Of a stretch of 64,000 nt of DNA, positions 40,490 to 53,740 are shown piece after piece (the stretch's first letter is position 1; each line of letters starts with the position of its first letter). The notes beneath the pieces are model-generated. The model made no database searches and was not told where the DNA came from. It was given only the letters and a program-made list of their open reading frames with translations. The stretch is from Octopus vulgaris (taxonomy: Eukaryota): NCBI GenBank assembly GCA_951406725.2, contig OX597816.1:85250001-85314000 (forward strand). Reading direction: 5' to 3'. The position numbers were made by a program, and so were the translations under genes.

Positions 40490-41570
40490 ATGATGGCTAC
40501 CACTTCGTTATCGAGTATGGTCATTGCACGAGGCTTAACAGTTAACGGTGCTGTGATCGACCGTGACTTTTTAGCCCAGCTAAAGATCTTCAATGTCTTG
40601 TACAGAATTGGCAGCTAAATCTTCTACTGGCAATAGCCGGGTACAGTTGTAACTGGGCTTCATGTACCTTTCCATGACGTTTAAGCCTCCCCCGCCGATT
40701 TAGTACGGTGTGTAGCACCACCACCAGTGGCATGGCTGTCAATAATCGGTCTCGCTTTATGACTACGAAGATGTTTCTTGAGTCCAGCTTTACTGAGGCA
40801 GGGTCTTCTACAGACACTGCATGTCAGCGTCATAGAAGATCCTTACCCTCTGGAAGCGCAACAGCGATGCACTTCCTGACATCCCTACTTACTTTCTCGA
40901 AATTTCTAAAAGTAGCTGTCCCCTCATATACAACCCTTCTCCACTTGCTACGGTCAATAGCTATGTTCTCCCATGTGTCAGGGGAGATGCTAGCATCTTT
41001 TAATGAAGCCTTCAGCAAGTCCTTATACAGTTTATGTAGGTTTATGTGGAGGTCGTTCTCCTTTAGCTAATTCTCCATAAAAGAGTTGCTTTGGCATTCT
41101 CGGATCTTTCATCCTGATCAGAGGACCACTCCATCTAAGCCTTTGCTTCAACACAAGAGCTTCTATACTTTCACACCGAGAGCTTTCCAAAATCACAAGA
41201 TCACTGATGCGGTCCTCCCACTTAATCCCATAGATCCGTCTGAGACACATGTGATAGAAACGTTCCAGTTGTGTAAGGTGGTATCAATATGTGACCCAGG
41301 TCTCGCAAGCATAAAGAATAGAAGAGAGCACACACGCCTTGTACACCTTCATCTTTGTCTTCCTGCATATGTCTCGCTGACTACAGTGGCGCCTTTCTAG
41401 AATTCCGAAAGCATCACTTGCTTTCCTAATTCTGTATGGTATTTCATTATCCAAAATGCTATATCTATCAACAGTGCTTCCCAGGTAGAGAAACTGATCA
41501 ACTACACCATGTCGTTTAGTTATAGATATTTAGTTCACTATACTGCTTACCAGGGGCAGGTTGGTACATG
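40490..41570 (-). mobile_element. RTE-clade LINE, 5'-truncated remnant
   Basis: YACETW, CLRRIYGIKWEDRIS, QRLRWSG..IRMKDPRMPKQLFYGEL, DRSKWR, C-terminal FSCQFC..SLAGLKSH; tail abuts (ATAC)n. Confidence 0.9.
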
Positions 41571-41768
41571 ACACACACTCTCTCTCACTAGACAATGATA
41601 AAAAAGAAATCCAGACAATTTTGTTTCGGAAAGGGACATTTTACTCCCCTTGGAGTAAACATCTTGACGAACTACAAAAGAAACCAGCAAAATAATTTTT
41701 CTTCCTTTCTTTCTTTTTCTTTAACATTCAGATACAAACACACACAAACACACGCATGCACGCACACG

Positions 41769-41805
<37 letters not shown>

Positions 41806-42059
41806 GCTCTCTCTAACTTTCTCCCCATTCATCACCCTCTTGTAGTATCTGATATCCCTCCCAACCACTACACAATCAATAACACTGAAATGGTCAAATT
41901 TTTCCCCAAGTACTTAGTTCAATTTGAAAACTCCACTAGAATTGGCAAAAGCGCTAATATATGATATATGATATATGTTATATGATGTATAACATCATGT
42001 AATATACAAATAATTATCTGTAAATATAAAACCATCCGAATTTCTGAGTACCTCATTTC

Positions 42060-42127
<68 letters not shown>

Positions 42128-43022
42128 ATATAGATAACATTTTAGCTATTTCTTCAGATCTACTACAACCTACCGAGGCTTCGCAAAAGTTAAAGAGACA
42201 GAGAGACAGAAAAAAAGGAAAATGTCTAACATATTTGAAGTCTATAGGAACATTTAAAAAAAATAATTTCATTTCATTTTTCCACATTTAAAATTTTTTC
42301 TTGCTTTACTCTAAATTGAAAAAAGCAAAAAGACTGAAACCGGTTCTAAAATGTTCGTCATGATAAGATTTTCTACCTTCTCTTATTTTCCTTAAACATA
42401 TCACTTCGTGTGTTACTTTTCAATCTTCTACACACAAACACACATACACATCCCACAAGCACTTATATATGTATAGTTTAAATCTTACACATTTAATTAC
42501 ACTGGAACATATCTAGCGTAAAGTAAAAAAAAAATAGATAGAATAAATTGAAGGTTTTATAGATGTATATTTACTTTCACATAATGTTATGCATCTTATA
42601 CTTCCCATATTCAATATAAAAGATATATATTTAAACCGCTCTTATAGAGAGCTTCCTTATATCACATGGAAAACTCACTAGAAGTATTGCATTTTTCAGA
42701 AAGCTAATGTGCAGCTCCAGCATGGCTGCAGTCGAGTGACTGAAACAAGTAAAAGGATAAAAGAATTAAATATCACTATGGTGTCTTAATGCTTGTTCGA
42801 GTTGTTCAAAATTTCAGATGGTTGAATATGAAGATCTTACAGGAAATCGGTTACGTTTAGAGTGAGGTCCAAAAGATAACATTTCTTGGTAATCAATAAT
42901 ACTTTGATTTTAAAGAATAGTGGTAGAATTCTGTTTGTCTCTCCCTGTCGCTCTCTCCCTGTGTCTCTCTCTGTCTCTCTCTCTTTCTCTCTCTCTCTGT
43001 TTATATATATATATATTTTATA

Positions 43023-43071
<49 letters not shown>

Positions 43072-43261
43072 TCATATATACATACATATATATGTGGGAA
43101 AATGTTGAAAGCAATTATAAAGAAAAAAGTATGTTAACTCAAAACATGCCTTTCCCAAAATATAAGGTTACTTTTTGTGCCGAGGAAAGGATACAATACA
43201 AGTATCCAGATTTTGATATAGATGACTTCTTTATTTGCTACATAGGATTAGAAAAGGAGAT

Positions 43262-43294
43262 AATGATTATGATGAAGATAATAATGACAGTAAC

Positions 43295-43327
<33 letters not shown>

Positions 43328-43335
43328 TGATGATG

Positions 43336-43373
<38 letters not shown>

Positions 43374-43381
43374 TGATGATG

Positions 43382-43414
<33 letters not shown>

Positions 43415-43422
43415 TGATGATG

Positions 43423-43458
<36 letters not shown>
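43262..43458. repeat. (TAA)n array with higher-order AAAAATGATGATGATAAT units
   Basis: Three higher-order units at ~43322, 43369 and 43408. Confidence 0.9.
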
Positions 43459-46290
43459 GTATATGCAGCAGCCACTACAGCCACAAAAGAAGCTGGATAC
43501 TCCCTCAAACCCACCCAAACAGGAGTACCACCACCCAAACAAAACCCTGTGGATAAATAAAAGAAAATACAAAAAATGAGAAAAGATCTGTCGATTCTTA
43601 ACGAAATCAGTAGACAATCAACGCTACTAAGCAACAAAAATAAAATAAAATTACTGTGCAAATACAACATCACAGAAAAAATTTTACCTGAGATAAAAGA
43701 AAAAACTAAAGCAAGATATCCTTGCCAAAGCACAAAGGATCCGCCGGTATGAGAAACGCCAACGTTTCTTTGAACAAAACAAATAGTTCAACTCCAACCC
43801 CAAAAAGTTCTACCAAGAACATGGCAAGAAAAAATAGACATCACTGCAGCACCAACGACAGAAGAAGTGGAAAAATTCTGGAAAGGAATATGGTCGACGA
43901 ATGAACAACCCCCAAAAAGGAGTATTAAAACAACTAACATAGCATCTGAGCAACTTTGGACGCCTATAACAACTGAAGAGGTCACCCAGGCACTGCAAAG
44001 ACTAGGCAACTGGAAGGCATCTGGGCATGACAAGATCCCAGCTTCTGGTTGAAATATCTACCAGGAATGCACAAAATGCTGGCTGAAAGCTTTAACAGCA
44101 ATTTGCAGAGCCAGAGACAATGCCTGAATGGCTCACGAAAGGGAAAACCATCTTAATTCCCAAATCCAAGGAGACAGCAAAACCAGAAAACTACAGACCT
44201 ATAACCTGTCTCCCTACAATGTACAAAGCATTTACTGCTGTAATATCACAAAGATTGAACAAGCACCTGGACGAAAACAACCTGTTTCCAGAAGAGCAGA
44301 AAGGATGCCGCAAGGCTCATACAGCTGTAAAGATCAACTAATGATCAATAAAGCCATAACTGAAGACAGCCGCAGAAAGAAGAGGGGCTCAGTATGGCAT
44401 GGATCGACTACAGAAAGGCGTTTGATAGCATCCCCCACACATGGATCCTCGAAACACTATCCATGAACAAAGTAGCACCATCAATTATAAAATACATAGG
44501 ACACTCTATGAATAAATGGCAAACATTGCCACAGCTCCAAGCAAAAGAGGGACTCATGAAAGCCAAAGCCATCCCCATTAGAAGAGAAATATTCCAGGGA
44601 GACACGCTCTCTCTACTTCTTTTTCTGCTTGGCACTGTCACCTCCATCTGATATGCTAAATAGAACTCGATGCGGATATAAATGTTACGGCAAAACGATC
44701 AGCCACCTTTTATATATGGATGACCTAAAACTATACGCTGCAAATGACAAACAGCTGGAAACACTACTAAAGACAGTTCATGGATTTACCAAAGAAATAT
44801 ATGTGAAATTTGGATTAGAAAAATGAGCCAAAGTAACATGAAAAGACGAAAACTAGTTAAGAGTAGCAACATCACACTAGATAAAACCAATGAAATAAAA
44901 GAATTAGACCAAAGCCAAACTTACAAATACTTAGGAATCCATGAACTAGATAAGACACAACACACACAAATGAAAGAGAAAATAAAAAAAAGAATATTAT
45001 AGACGAGTTAGATCAATACTAAAAACAGAGCTACAATATCCTTAACTGGACACTAAATGCACTGACCAAAATAGATAGGGAAACAAGAAAAATAATGACA
45101 GGATCTAGAATGCATCACCCAAAATCTGACTTAGAAAGACTATATATACAACGTATAGAAGGTGGTAGAGGCCTTATACAGCTGGAAAACTACTATAAAC
45201 TAACCACCATATGACTGCAAAATTATCTACTTCAGAAGGAAGGAACACTGATACAAATAGCGGCAAAACACGAGCCAAACAAAAAACTGTTCTCAGTATT
45301 TAAGGAAGCTGACAAATACAAACAAGAAATCATACCACCTAATAAATATGAAGAAGAAGATGAAGAAACAAAAAAAGCTATAAAACAAATGAAATCCAAA
45401 CTAAATCTAGAACAGCAACGAAGCATGATAAAACGTTGGCAAGAAAAGCCCCTTCATGGCAAATACTGGACCGAACTAAATGCAAAAGAAATACACAAAG
45501 AAAAACCCCAGCAATGGTTGAGAAGCTCAGGACTCAAAGCAGAGACAGAGGGATTTTTAATTGCAGCACAAGACCAAAGCCTCCCCACCAGAAATTACCA
45601 AAAGTATGTAATGAAAAGAAATATAACAAGTAACTGCAGAATATGTGGAGATGAACAAGAAACAATAAATCATATTATCTCTGGTTGCCCAGTCCTGGCT
45701 AAGAAGGAATATATTCACAGACACGACAGAGTTGGGACCTACATACACTGGAAGCTATGCCAACATTATGGAATAACAACAGAAAAAAGATGGTATAGGC
45801 ACACACCAGAAAAGGTCAACGAGAAAGCAACCATACTCTGGGATATGCTGATACACACAGATAGAGAAATTAAGGCCAACAGACCAGATATAGTTGTCAG
45901 AGATCATTAAGAAAAAAAATGCTTTCTAATTGATGTATCAATACCAGCAGATGACAACGTTTCTCTAAAAGAAATGGAGAAACTCTCAAAATACAAAGAC
46001 CTGGAAATAAAGGTAACCAGAATGTGGAATCTTAAAACAGAAACAATTCCTATCATAGTAGGTGCATTAGGCATGATAAAACAATATTCAGACAAATACA
46101 TAACAAAAACACCAGGACTTACAAACACATATACAGAAAATTGCACTACTAGGCACTGCACACATTCTACGCAGAACACTTTCCATACAATAAGCATCAG
46201 AGCATCACAACAAATCACAGCACATACCCAAGGCACACAGAGCTGCGCACGGTAGTGATGTGAAAGCACGCTATAAAAATAAAGCTACTG

Positions 46291-46292
<2 letters not shown>
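43459..46292 (+). mobile_element. Dong/R4-clade LINE, 5'-truncated and frameshifted (RT, CCHC knuckle, RLE), inserted in (TAA)n
   Basis: NWKASGHDKI, YRPITCL, WIDYRKAFDSIPH, IFQGD, YMDD (44713-44724), [31 protein letters not shown]; (TAA)n at both ends. Confidence 0.95.
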
Positions 46293-46371
<79 letters not shown>

Positions 46372-46372
<1 letters not shown>

Positions 46373-46742
46373 GTCCTGATGCAGTACCAAGCAGTGGGTC
46401 TCGTGGCTGCTGATCTTAACTGGTTGGATGTGTTATCATGTACATTGTTTTGTCTTAGTATAAAAGATGGGCTACAACAAATATTCTGCTCACAACCACA
46501 GATTTACTTGTTAGTTGTTTGACTTTAACCAGTTGAGCATGTCCTTAATTGGCTGACGATATGTGGATCTCTGATCGCGAGCAGAAGTAGTGGGGCAGCA
46601 TCTTAATCATGTGCTGAGAGTGATTTTTAAGGTTTGAATGATTCACCTCTGGAAATATGGTTGTTTCGTTCAACATCCTTAAACAACCTTTATTCAGGGA
46701 CCTTTTGAGCGGGATGGGTAACTTGACCAGATGAAAATTCTA
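46372..46742 (+). mobile_element. Repeat family D, 5' part, between two (TAA)n arrays
   Basis: Homologous to 24487-24855. Confidence 0.8.
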
Positions 46743-46743
46743 A

Positions 46744-46789
<46 letters not shown>

Positions 46790-47297
46790 GTAATAATAAT
46801 AATATTAATATGTGTATGTGTGAGCATATATACTCTCATATATATATATGTCTTTACGTATTAGCAGGACACGAATTAAGATATGTTGGAGAAAAAATAT
46901 CAAATTGAAATGGAAATACATATAAAACATGAAGGCTGTAAAACTTTAAAATATAACGAAAATAAAAATGATGAAAACCATCAGCACGATTACCAAAGGA
47001 AGAAAAAATTCGCAAAATTGAAAATATTTCGGTGTTGTGTTATGAGTTACAACTTACATAATACATAAAAATATATAGAGACTAAAAAGGAAATGAATGT
47101 AATAAATAAGAAATCAATAAATGGTAATTAATGGTATCATTTCACAAACTCGAGAGTAAGTTTTTGAGTGGTGCTTAGAATTTCATGAAATTCATTTGGG
47201 TGACACGTCGTACAAAATATCAGAGCGCATGCGCACACATTCAAGCCAACAGTAACAGTGACATATCGTGACAGAAAGAATATAAAGGGCAGTGAGT

Positions 47298-47673
47298 GGA
47301 AGCGGAATTGCCCAGTGGTTAGGGCAGCGGACTCGCGGTTATAGGATTGAGGTTTCGATTCCCAGACTGGGCGTCGTAAGTGATTATTGAGCAAAAACAC
47401 TTAAAGATCCACAAGGCCCGGCAGGCGGGTGTGGTGAACTTTGCTGTACTCTTTCACCACAATCTTCTCTTACTTTTTCTTCCTGTTTCTGTTGTACCCG
47501 TATTTCAAAGATCCATCCTTGTCGCACACTGTGCCACGTTGAATGTCGCCGAGAACTACGTTAATGGTACACGTGTGGTTTGCTCAGCCACTTGCACGTT
47601 AATTTTAACGAGCAGGCTGTTCCATTGATTGGATCAAATGGAACCCTCGTCTTCGTAACCGAAGGAGTGCCGT
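47298..47673 (+). mobile_element. tRNA-derived SINE family C, full length
   Basis: A box CCCAGTGGTTAGGGC, B box GGTTTCGATTCCC; head matches 2377-2546. Confidence 0.85.
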
Positions 47674-48001
47674 AGTTATAAAAGGATAGTGATATGCATC
47701 GAGGGGAAAATACACAGATAAAGAGAGCGAGAGATAGTGACAAGGAGAGAGAGATGCCAGCGAGAGAGAAAAAGTGAGCAATAGGTAGATGGGAGAACAG
47801 AAATGAACGTAGAATACGGATGCAAAAGAGAGAAAGAGAAAACTTATCGGAGTGATTCAGATTTAAATCAAATTCACAGATTTCAATTTTGTATCTTCGA
47901 ACGATGATTATTAAAATGTATATTTACCTCTCCTTCTTTCAATAGGTATGCGTGTGCGTGTTTGTACGAGCGCGTGTTTGTGAGTGGGTGTGTCATATAT
48001 A

Positions 48002-48239
48002 CAGGGTGGTCCAAAACTAGGTTTAAATTTATTCAACTATCTCTTTCACATTCATATATTGACAGTTTAGATCTTAATTATAAATTAAGATTTAGATCTT
48101 AATTATAAATAAAATAGGAAACCATTATTCTCTGCTAATATAGCCAATTGTAAGATAAAAATTTAAATGTGATAAAATGTTTTAAAAGAAATTGAAAGTG
48201 CCTACGTGATAGCTGTAAACCTACATTTGAGCCACCCTG
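48002..48239. mobile_element. Tc1/mariner-type MITE
   Basis: TA|CAGGGTGGTCCAAAACTAGGTTTA ... TAAACCTACATTTGAGCCACCCTG|TA. Confidence 0.85.
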
Positions 48240-48314
48240 TACATGCATACATATATACATACATACATACATACAATAAATATGTATATATATATCTATC
48301 TATCTATCTATCTA

Positions 48315-48368
<54 letters not shown>

Positions 48369-48912
48369 TATATATCGATAAACACGAAAAGATGTGAGCA
48401 GATAAACACGCGTGCGTTTTTAATCATAGTACAGACATAGGCGTATTAGTAGAAGCTATTATTTATCAGATATTAGAATTGTGTGCTTTTACAGAAATTT
48501 TATAGAAATTTTATAGAAATTTTAGCAATATTCTCGTTGCTCATTATTTCAGTCTTCTGTATTTTCAGATGTGGCAGTATATCAGATGCATTCCTTTTAT
48601 TCACCTGTTTGTTTTCGATCAATAGGATGTGACTCGGCATTGACGTTCTCGGCATTAACATTTAACATCTATTTCGAACAGAAGCACGGGAATGTATTTT
48701 AGGATGCCGTCCCTCTGTTACAATAGGCCTGTACATAATGTTCAGTGCAGGGTGTGGTGTATTGATATAATGATAGTGACAAAAGGTGGGAGACGGCTAA
48801 AGAATTACGGGGCAGTGGCGGGTTTATATGACAGCTATAGCTTAGCCATAAACTCTTGTGGCGAAATATAAGACAAATAAAACAAACAATATAACTGTTG
48901 GTTAGGGAGTTA

Positions 48913-49131
48913 CGAGGAGGTGCTGGAAATTCCTGGCTTTATAAGGGTGTTGCGAAAGATATAGTTCGAGGTCCTTCATTTCGAGTTCTTTTAAATGGCT
49001 TAGAAAAACTGAAGAACTGCGGGAATACTTGTGTGAATCTGAGAAGGGGAATGTGTTGAATAAAATCATAATTAACTGATCCTCTTTTATTCTTTTTTTT
49101 ACCCAAAACCAGGAATTTTACAGCACCTCTC
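48913..49131. mobile_element. Mariner-type MITE
   Basis: TACGAGGAGGTGCTGGAAATTCCTGGCTTT ... AAAACCAGGAATTTTACAGCACCTCTCGGA. Confidence 0.75.
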
Positions 49132-49329
49132 GGAAGTGTTGTTTTATGTATGTGTATCTCTGACTTTGTGACCAGACTTAGGGTGCGTCGCAGACGTTTC
49201 TTTAACAGCAGCAGCGTCCAAAATGCAGCAAGGATGCCTGACTGTTAGACGCACTCCAGATATATACAGAGTTTGTAAATATTACAGAATAAAACATTTT
49301 ATGCCTCCAAGGAGGAAGTTCAGTCCTTG

Positions 49330-50385
49330 TAGTGTAGATTTTGTGGTAAATTTTGATCCTTTCACCTGCACGATCCTCCCTAAGAAAAGAAAAGAAAAAC
49401 TCAGATTTTTATGTGAAATCAAGTACCCTGACCTCCTAATATGTCACAGAACCCTTTCTGGAGTTCGGAAAATGTGGTTGAAGACTCGGAAATGTCAACC
49501 CCCACTCCCACTAGGAAATACAATCACACGAAAAATCGGATTTTTTACGTGGAATCAAGTATCCTCACCTCTTAATATGCTGCAAACCCCTTGTTTTTGT
49601 TCGGAAAAAGGGGTGGGAAACGGAATCCCCCTATCCCGGAATCATTGGCTTTTTTGTGTGCTAAATGAATTCCAGTGGCCTCCTAATATGCCACAAAACC
49701 CTTGTTTTGGTTTGGAAAACGCGGTGGGGTGCAGCCTCGGAAATTTCAGACGCAATTTTCAAATATTTTTTATGTTTATTTCTTTACCCATATTTTTAGA
49801 TAACATGTTGTAGATATACGTTTTCCAGACAGTGTGGATTACATTAGATTTTGGCGCCGAAATCGCGTTTCATTTTTGTGTAGAGAGAAAGTGAGTCAAT
49901 GAAGAAGTTTACTTAAACTTACAATGGTATAGCAATATATTATATCATCATCATCATCATTTAACGTCTGCCGTCTGCTTTCCATGCTGACATGGGTTGG
50001 ACGGTTTGACTGAGGACTGGCAAGCCAGGAACCTACACCAGGCTTCAATGTGGCAAGCTGCATGCCCTTCCTAACGCCAACAACTCAGAGAGTGTAGTGG
50101 GTGCTTTTTATGTGCCACCAGCATGAGGGCCAGTCAGGCGATACTGGCATCGAAGAAGCGATTTAGGAGATCACCGGAATTCATTCAACAAAAAAACAAT
50201 AATTTTAATGATCCCGTGATAGGTGGGGGTCAGGTTTCTCACCCCGTCTTTTTTTCCGAACAAAAGTAAGGGAGTTTACAGCATATTAGGAGGTTAGGGT
50301 ACTTGATTCCAAGCAAAAAATGCGAGTTTTTTTTCCTAGTGAACATCGTGCGGGTGAAAGGATCAAGTAATATCGATTCTACTAT
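49330..50385. mobile_element. Non-autonomous element with long inverted termini and modular subterminal repeats
   Basis: 49330-49475 is the reverse complement of ~50250-50385; motif AATCAAGTAYCCT.ACCTCYTAATATG...TTCGGAAAA three times on the left and once inverted on the right. Confidence 0.7.
49944..50152 (-). mobile_element. SINE 3' fragment with (GAT)n tail (RTE-type end)
   Basis: (ATC)n TTTAACGTC..TTTCCATGCTGACATGGGTTGGACGG..ATGCCCTTCCTAACGCCAAC. Confidence 0.75.
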
Positions 50386-51180
50386 GTTGAGGACGTGCAT
50401 TTACCAGAACATTTCCTAAATCATAGACAGTCCTAGCTATTTCAAGGGGTATTATTGCTTCTGCTGCTTCTTCTTGCTTTGAGCGGGGTTTCGTAATGTT
50501 TTCTGGGTGCATGCGGTGAATGATATATAACTTGCAAGAAACAGAATTGGCGAAATTTTGTTTGATTGCAACACTTAGAACGAAGCACCAAATTAATCTG
50601 GATAAAGATTAGAGGTGAAATGTTAGAAATGGATGAATGATAGTTTCCTTTGAATTAAAGAGGGATTTTGGGGCGCCGACGAAGATGTAGATCATGTAAT
50701 GAGTGGATGGCAGAAACAAATCTTATGGTACGACTACGTTGATACACCGAAATTAGTCAATTGTGTGCGCGTGAGCTTGTGTGTGAGAGCGAGAGACCGG
50801 AGCGAGAGAGAGCGAAAGAGAAGGAAGAGTAACAGAAAAAGGCAACGTACTATAATAAAAACAATAATTGTCTATGCTGCTGACGGGACGAGAGTTTGCG
50901 GGACGGGATTATCCCTCTTACATCTCCTCCGGCCATGGTGGTATTCGGAGCATATGCATCAGGACTATTCAAAGAATGACGAATTACAAGTCAGAGGTAG
51001 GAATACTTTTAGATGAGGGCTATGACTGAATACACTCACACACATATATGAGAGGTATTGGTATCCAGAAGACCCAAGGTGGCAGGTAACGCTATGTAAG
51101 TACTATAGAAGGACTGCAGTTAAACTCTTGGTTTGCTAATGATAAGAGTGAGAAGTCTAATGCGGGTCTTGTATGAACAT

Positions 51181-51504
51181 GTGTATCTTAAATAAAATGA
51201 GACAATAAAGCCAAGGCTGTATGGAATTTTCAGGACAATTATAAGGGGAAAGTTAGTCTTACAACTGTTTCTGGGATATTAGGGATGTCCCTTCATCAGA
51301 GACGATGTGAGATGCTTAAGTAGAGGGAAATGTTAGAAATATCGAAATATAATATTTCCCTGTATTTAACCATCTCATATCATCTCTGATGGAAGGATAC
51401 ACCTAATATCCCAGAAGCAGCTGTAAGAGTAACTTTCTCCTTATAAATATCCTGAAAATTCCACACACAGCCTTGGCTAAGTTATCTCATTATATTTAAC
51501 ACAC
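51181..51504. mobile_element. ~320-bp fold-back element with ~155-bp arms, each with a hammerhead motif
   Basis: 51181-51335 versus 51350-51504 are reverse complements over their full length. Confidence 0.85.
51257..51302 (-). ncRNA. Minimal type I hammerhead ribozyme motif
   Basis: Minus strand: TCT CTGATGA A GGGACAT CCCTA ATATCCC A GAAA CAGTT GTA AGA (stem I TCT/AGA, intact core, GUA site). Confidence 0.7.
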
Positions 51505-51525
51505 ATACACAAACAAACAAACACA

Positions 51526-51578
<53 letters not shown>

Positions 51579-52116
51579 GTATTTGTATATATGTATGTGT
51601 TACGTATGGTGAATTATATGTGTATATTTTGATTTTTTTAAAAGTAGAAATATGAAGATTTTGAAAATCCACTTGGAAATTATTAAGAATTAGACACGTT
51701 AACTTAACTGGTTTACCAATTTTATGATTATAAAAAAATAGTCTGAGATAGACAGATGAGAAATTTCTTCAATCACAGCGGAGAGTGAAAATTTGGTTCT
51801 TTTTTATGGAGGAATTACAGCTCAAATTGCCGTCTGTTAAGATAAAGTTTAAGTGGTTGTAGATGGTTCCATTGATTTTATTTCTCCTTGACATTCATGC
51901 ATGCATACATTCAGACTTTTATACACATATATACATGTATATACATCTACACATAAACGCTCGCTCACACACACACACACACACATATATGTAAGAATTA
52001 AATGAGACCGAGACAGTTATCTATGTATTTATCTATCTAGCTACCCAATTATATGTGTGTGTATGCATATATAAGTATATATATGTTTGTGTGTGAGAGT
52101 GTGTGTCCGTGTATGT

Positions 52117-52395
52117 GTGAAGTCACATGACTCAGTGGTTAGGGAGTCGACCTTACGATCTTGAAGTTGTGAGTTCGATTCGTGTTGTGTTCTTGATCAA
52201 GACACTTTATTGCACGCTGCTCCAGTTAGCTGTAGAAATGAGTTGCGACATCACTGTCACCAAGTTGTATCAGCGTTTGCCTTTCCCTTGGATAACATCT
52301 CTGGTGTAGAGAGGGGATGCTGCTATGCATGGGCAACAGAAAGCCTTCCACAAACAACTTTGCCCGGACTTGTTCCTCAGAGGGTAACATTCTAA
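52117..52395 (+). mobile_element. tRNA-derived SINE (family C-related head, different body)
   Basis: ATGACTCAGTGGTTAGGG..GAGTTCGATTC..TTCTTGATCAAGACACTTTA. Confidence 0.65.
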
Positions 52396-52632
52396 CACCT
52401 TAATTGTTCATATATCAACACGGAGAGAAAACAGACAAGATGAAACTAGTAAAAATTACTGGATAATTCTAGATCCCGGATTTCTGACTTCGCATTTAGT
52501 AATGCTTTGCTTCATCAATAGAATACACACAGAAGAGAAACAATTTTAAGTATGAAAAACAATTAGTTTTGGAAAAATTAAATATGTAGAAGAATGAAAA
52601 AGAACGCACGAGTTGACATATATATATATATA

Positions 52633-52970
52633 TGGAAAAAAAAGCCCAGGTAGAAAATGCTAAAAGTACTTTATAAAAAACATATCAGTACAAATTTTGG
52701 TCATTGAGACTTTTTCAACTATAAGTATGGAAAACCATTGAATTCTGGAAAAATTAAATGAAAAGTTTTTAAAACAATATTTGCATAGTATTCAAATACA
52801 CGGGGAACTTTCCTTGTTTCTGCCTGTCTCTGTCTCTCTTCTCTATTCTTCTGAGTTCTCGGTCGTTGTGAATACTTGGCAGAGAAAAACAAGAAGAAGT
52901 ATTTGAATATTATTCTTTAAAAAAACATTTCAAGAAATATTTTAGCATTTTCTACCTGGACTGTTTGCCA
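52633..52970. mobile_element. Inverted-repeat element embedded in (TA)n
   Basis: CCAGGTAGAAAATGCTAAAA (52646-52665) is the exact reverse complement of 52940-52959; inner inverted match 52766-52799/52899-52925. Confidence 0.75.
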
Positions 52971-53102
52971 TATATATATATAAAATATATATATATATAT
53001 ATATATACAAATATGAGAGAGAATCCACTATATGGACGCCCTTACGCTAAAGAGAGATCCGCATGAGTCTCAACCACTAAGAATTGTTCTCATATATATA
53101 TG

Positions 53103-53531
53103 TCTTTTACTGTCTCGCTTGTTTCGCTTTTAGTTGAGCGAATCGACCCTAGGACTTATTCTTTGTAAGCCTAGTACTTAGTCTATCGATTTTTTTAGCT
53201 GAACCGCTAAGTTACGGGGACGTAAACACGCCAGCGTCGGTTGTCAGCAATGCTAGAGGGACAAACACAGACACACTCAAACATATACACAAACACTCTA
53301 TCTCTCTCTCTCTCATACACACACACACACACACATATATATATATGGATGTATATTCAAATACATATATACGACGGGCTTCTTTCAGTTTCCGACTACC
53401 AAATACACTTAGAATGCTTTGGTAGGTCCGAGGCTATAGTAGAAGACACTTGCCCAAGTTGCCCCGCAGTAGGACTGAAACGGAACCTTTTAGTTGGTAA
53501 GCAAGCTACTTACCACCCACACAGCCACTGC
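53103..53531 (-). mobile_element. SINE family B, near full length
   Basis: Reverse complement of 1747-2160. Confidence 0.9.
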
Positions 53532-53534
53532 TAA

Positions 53535-53576
<42 letters not shown>

Positions 53577-53704
53577 AGAGTGAAAAATCAAATAGTAATT
53601 TGATTAATATCAATTTAAAACCAGTGGCCTAGCATATTGAAAAAGGAAAGATTCAGAAAAATATTACATACATACATACATGCATACATACATACATATA
53701 TACA

Positions 53705-53740
<36 letters not shown>

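Noticed and set aside
46372-46450. Possible HDV-like ribozyme at the start of family D
   Set aside because: Could not assemble the P1/P2/P3/P1.1 double pseudoknot by eye.
48570-48705. Plus-strand acceptor TTTTCAG followed by a ~44-codon frame
   Set aside because: No recognisable protein, no donor or partner exon.
49223-49813. Longest ORF (196 aa)
   Set aside because: Runs through subterminal repeat modules of a non-autonomous element; no recognisable domain.
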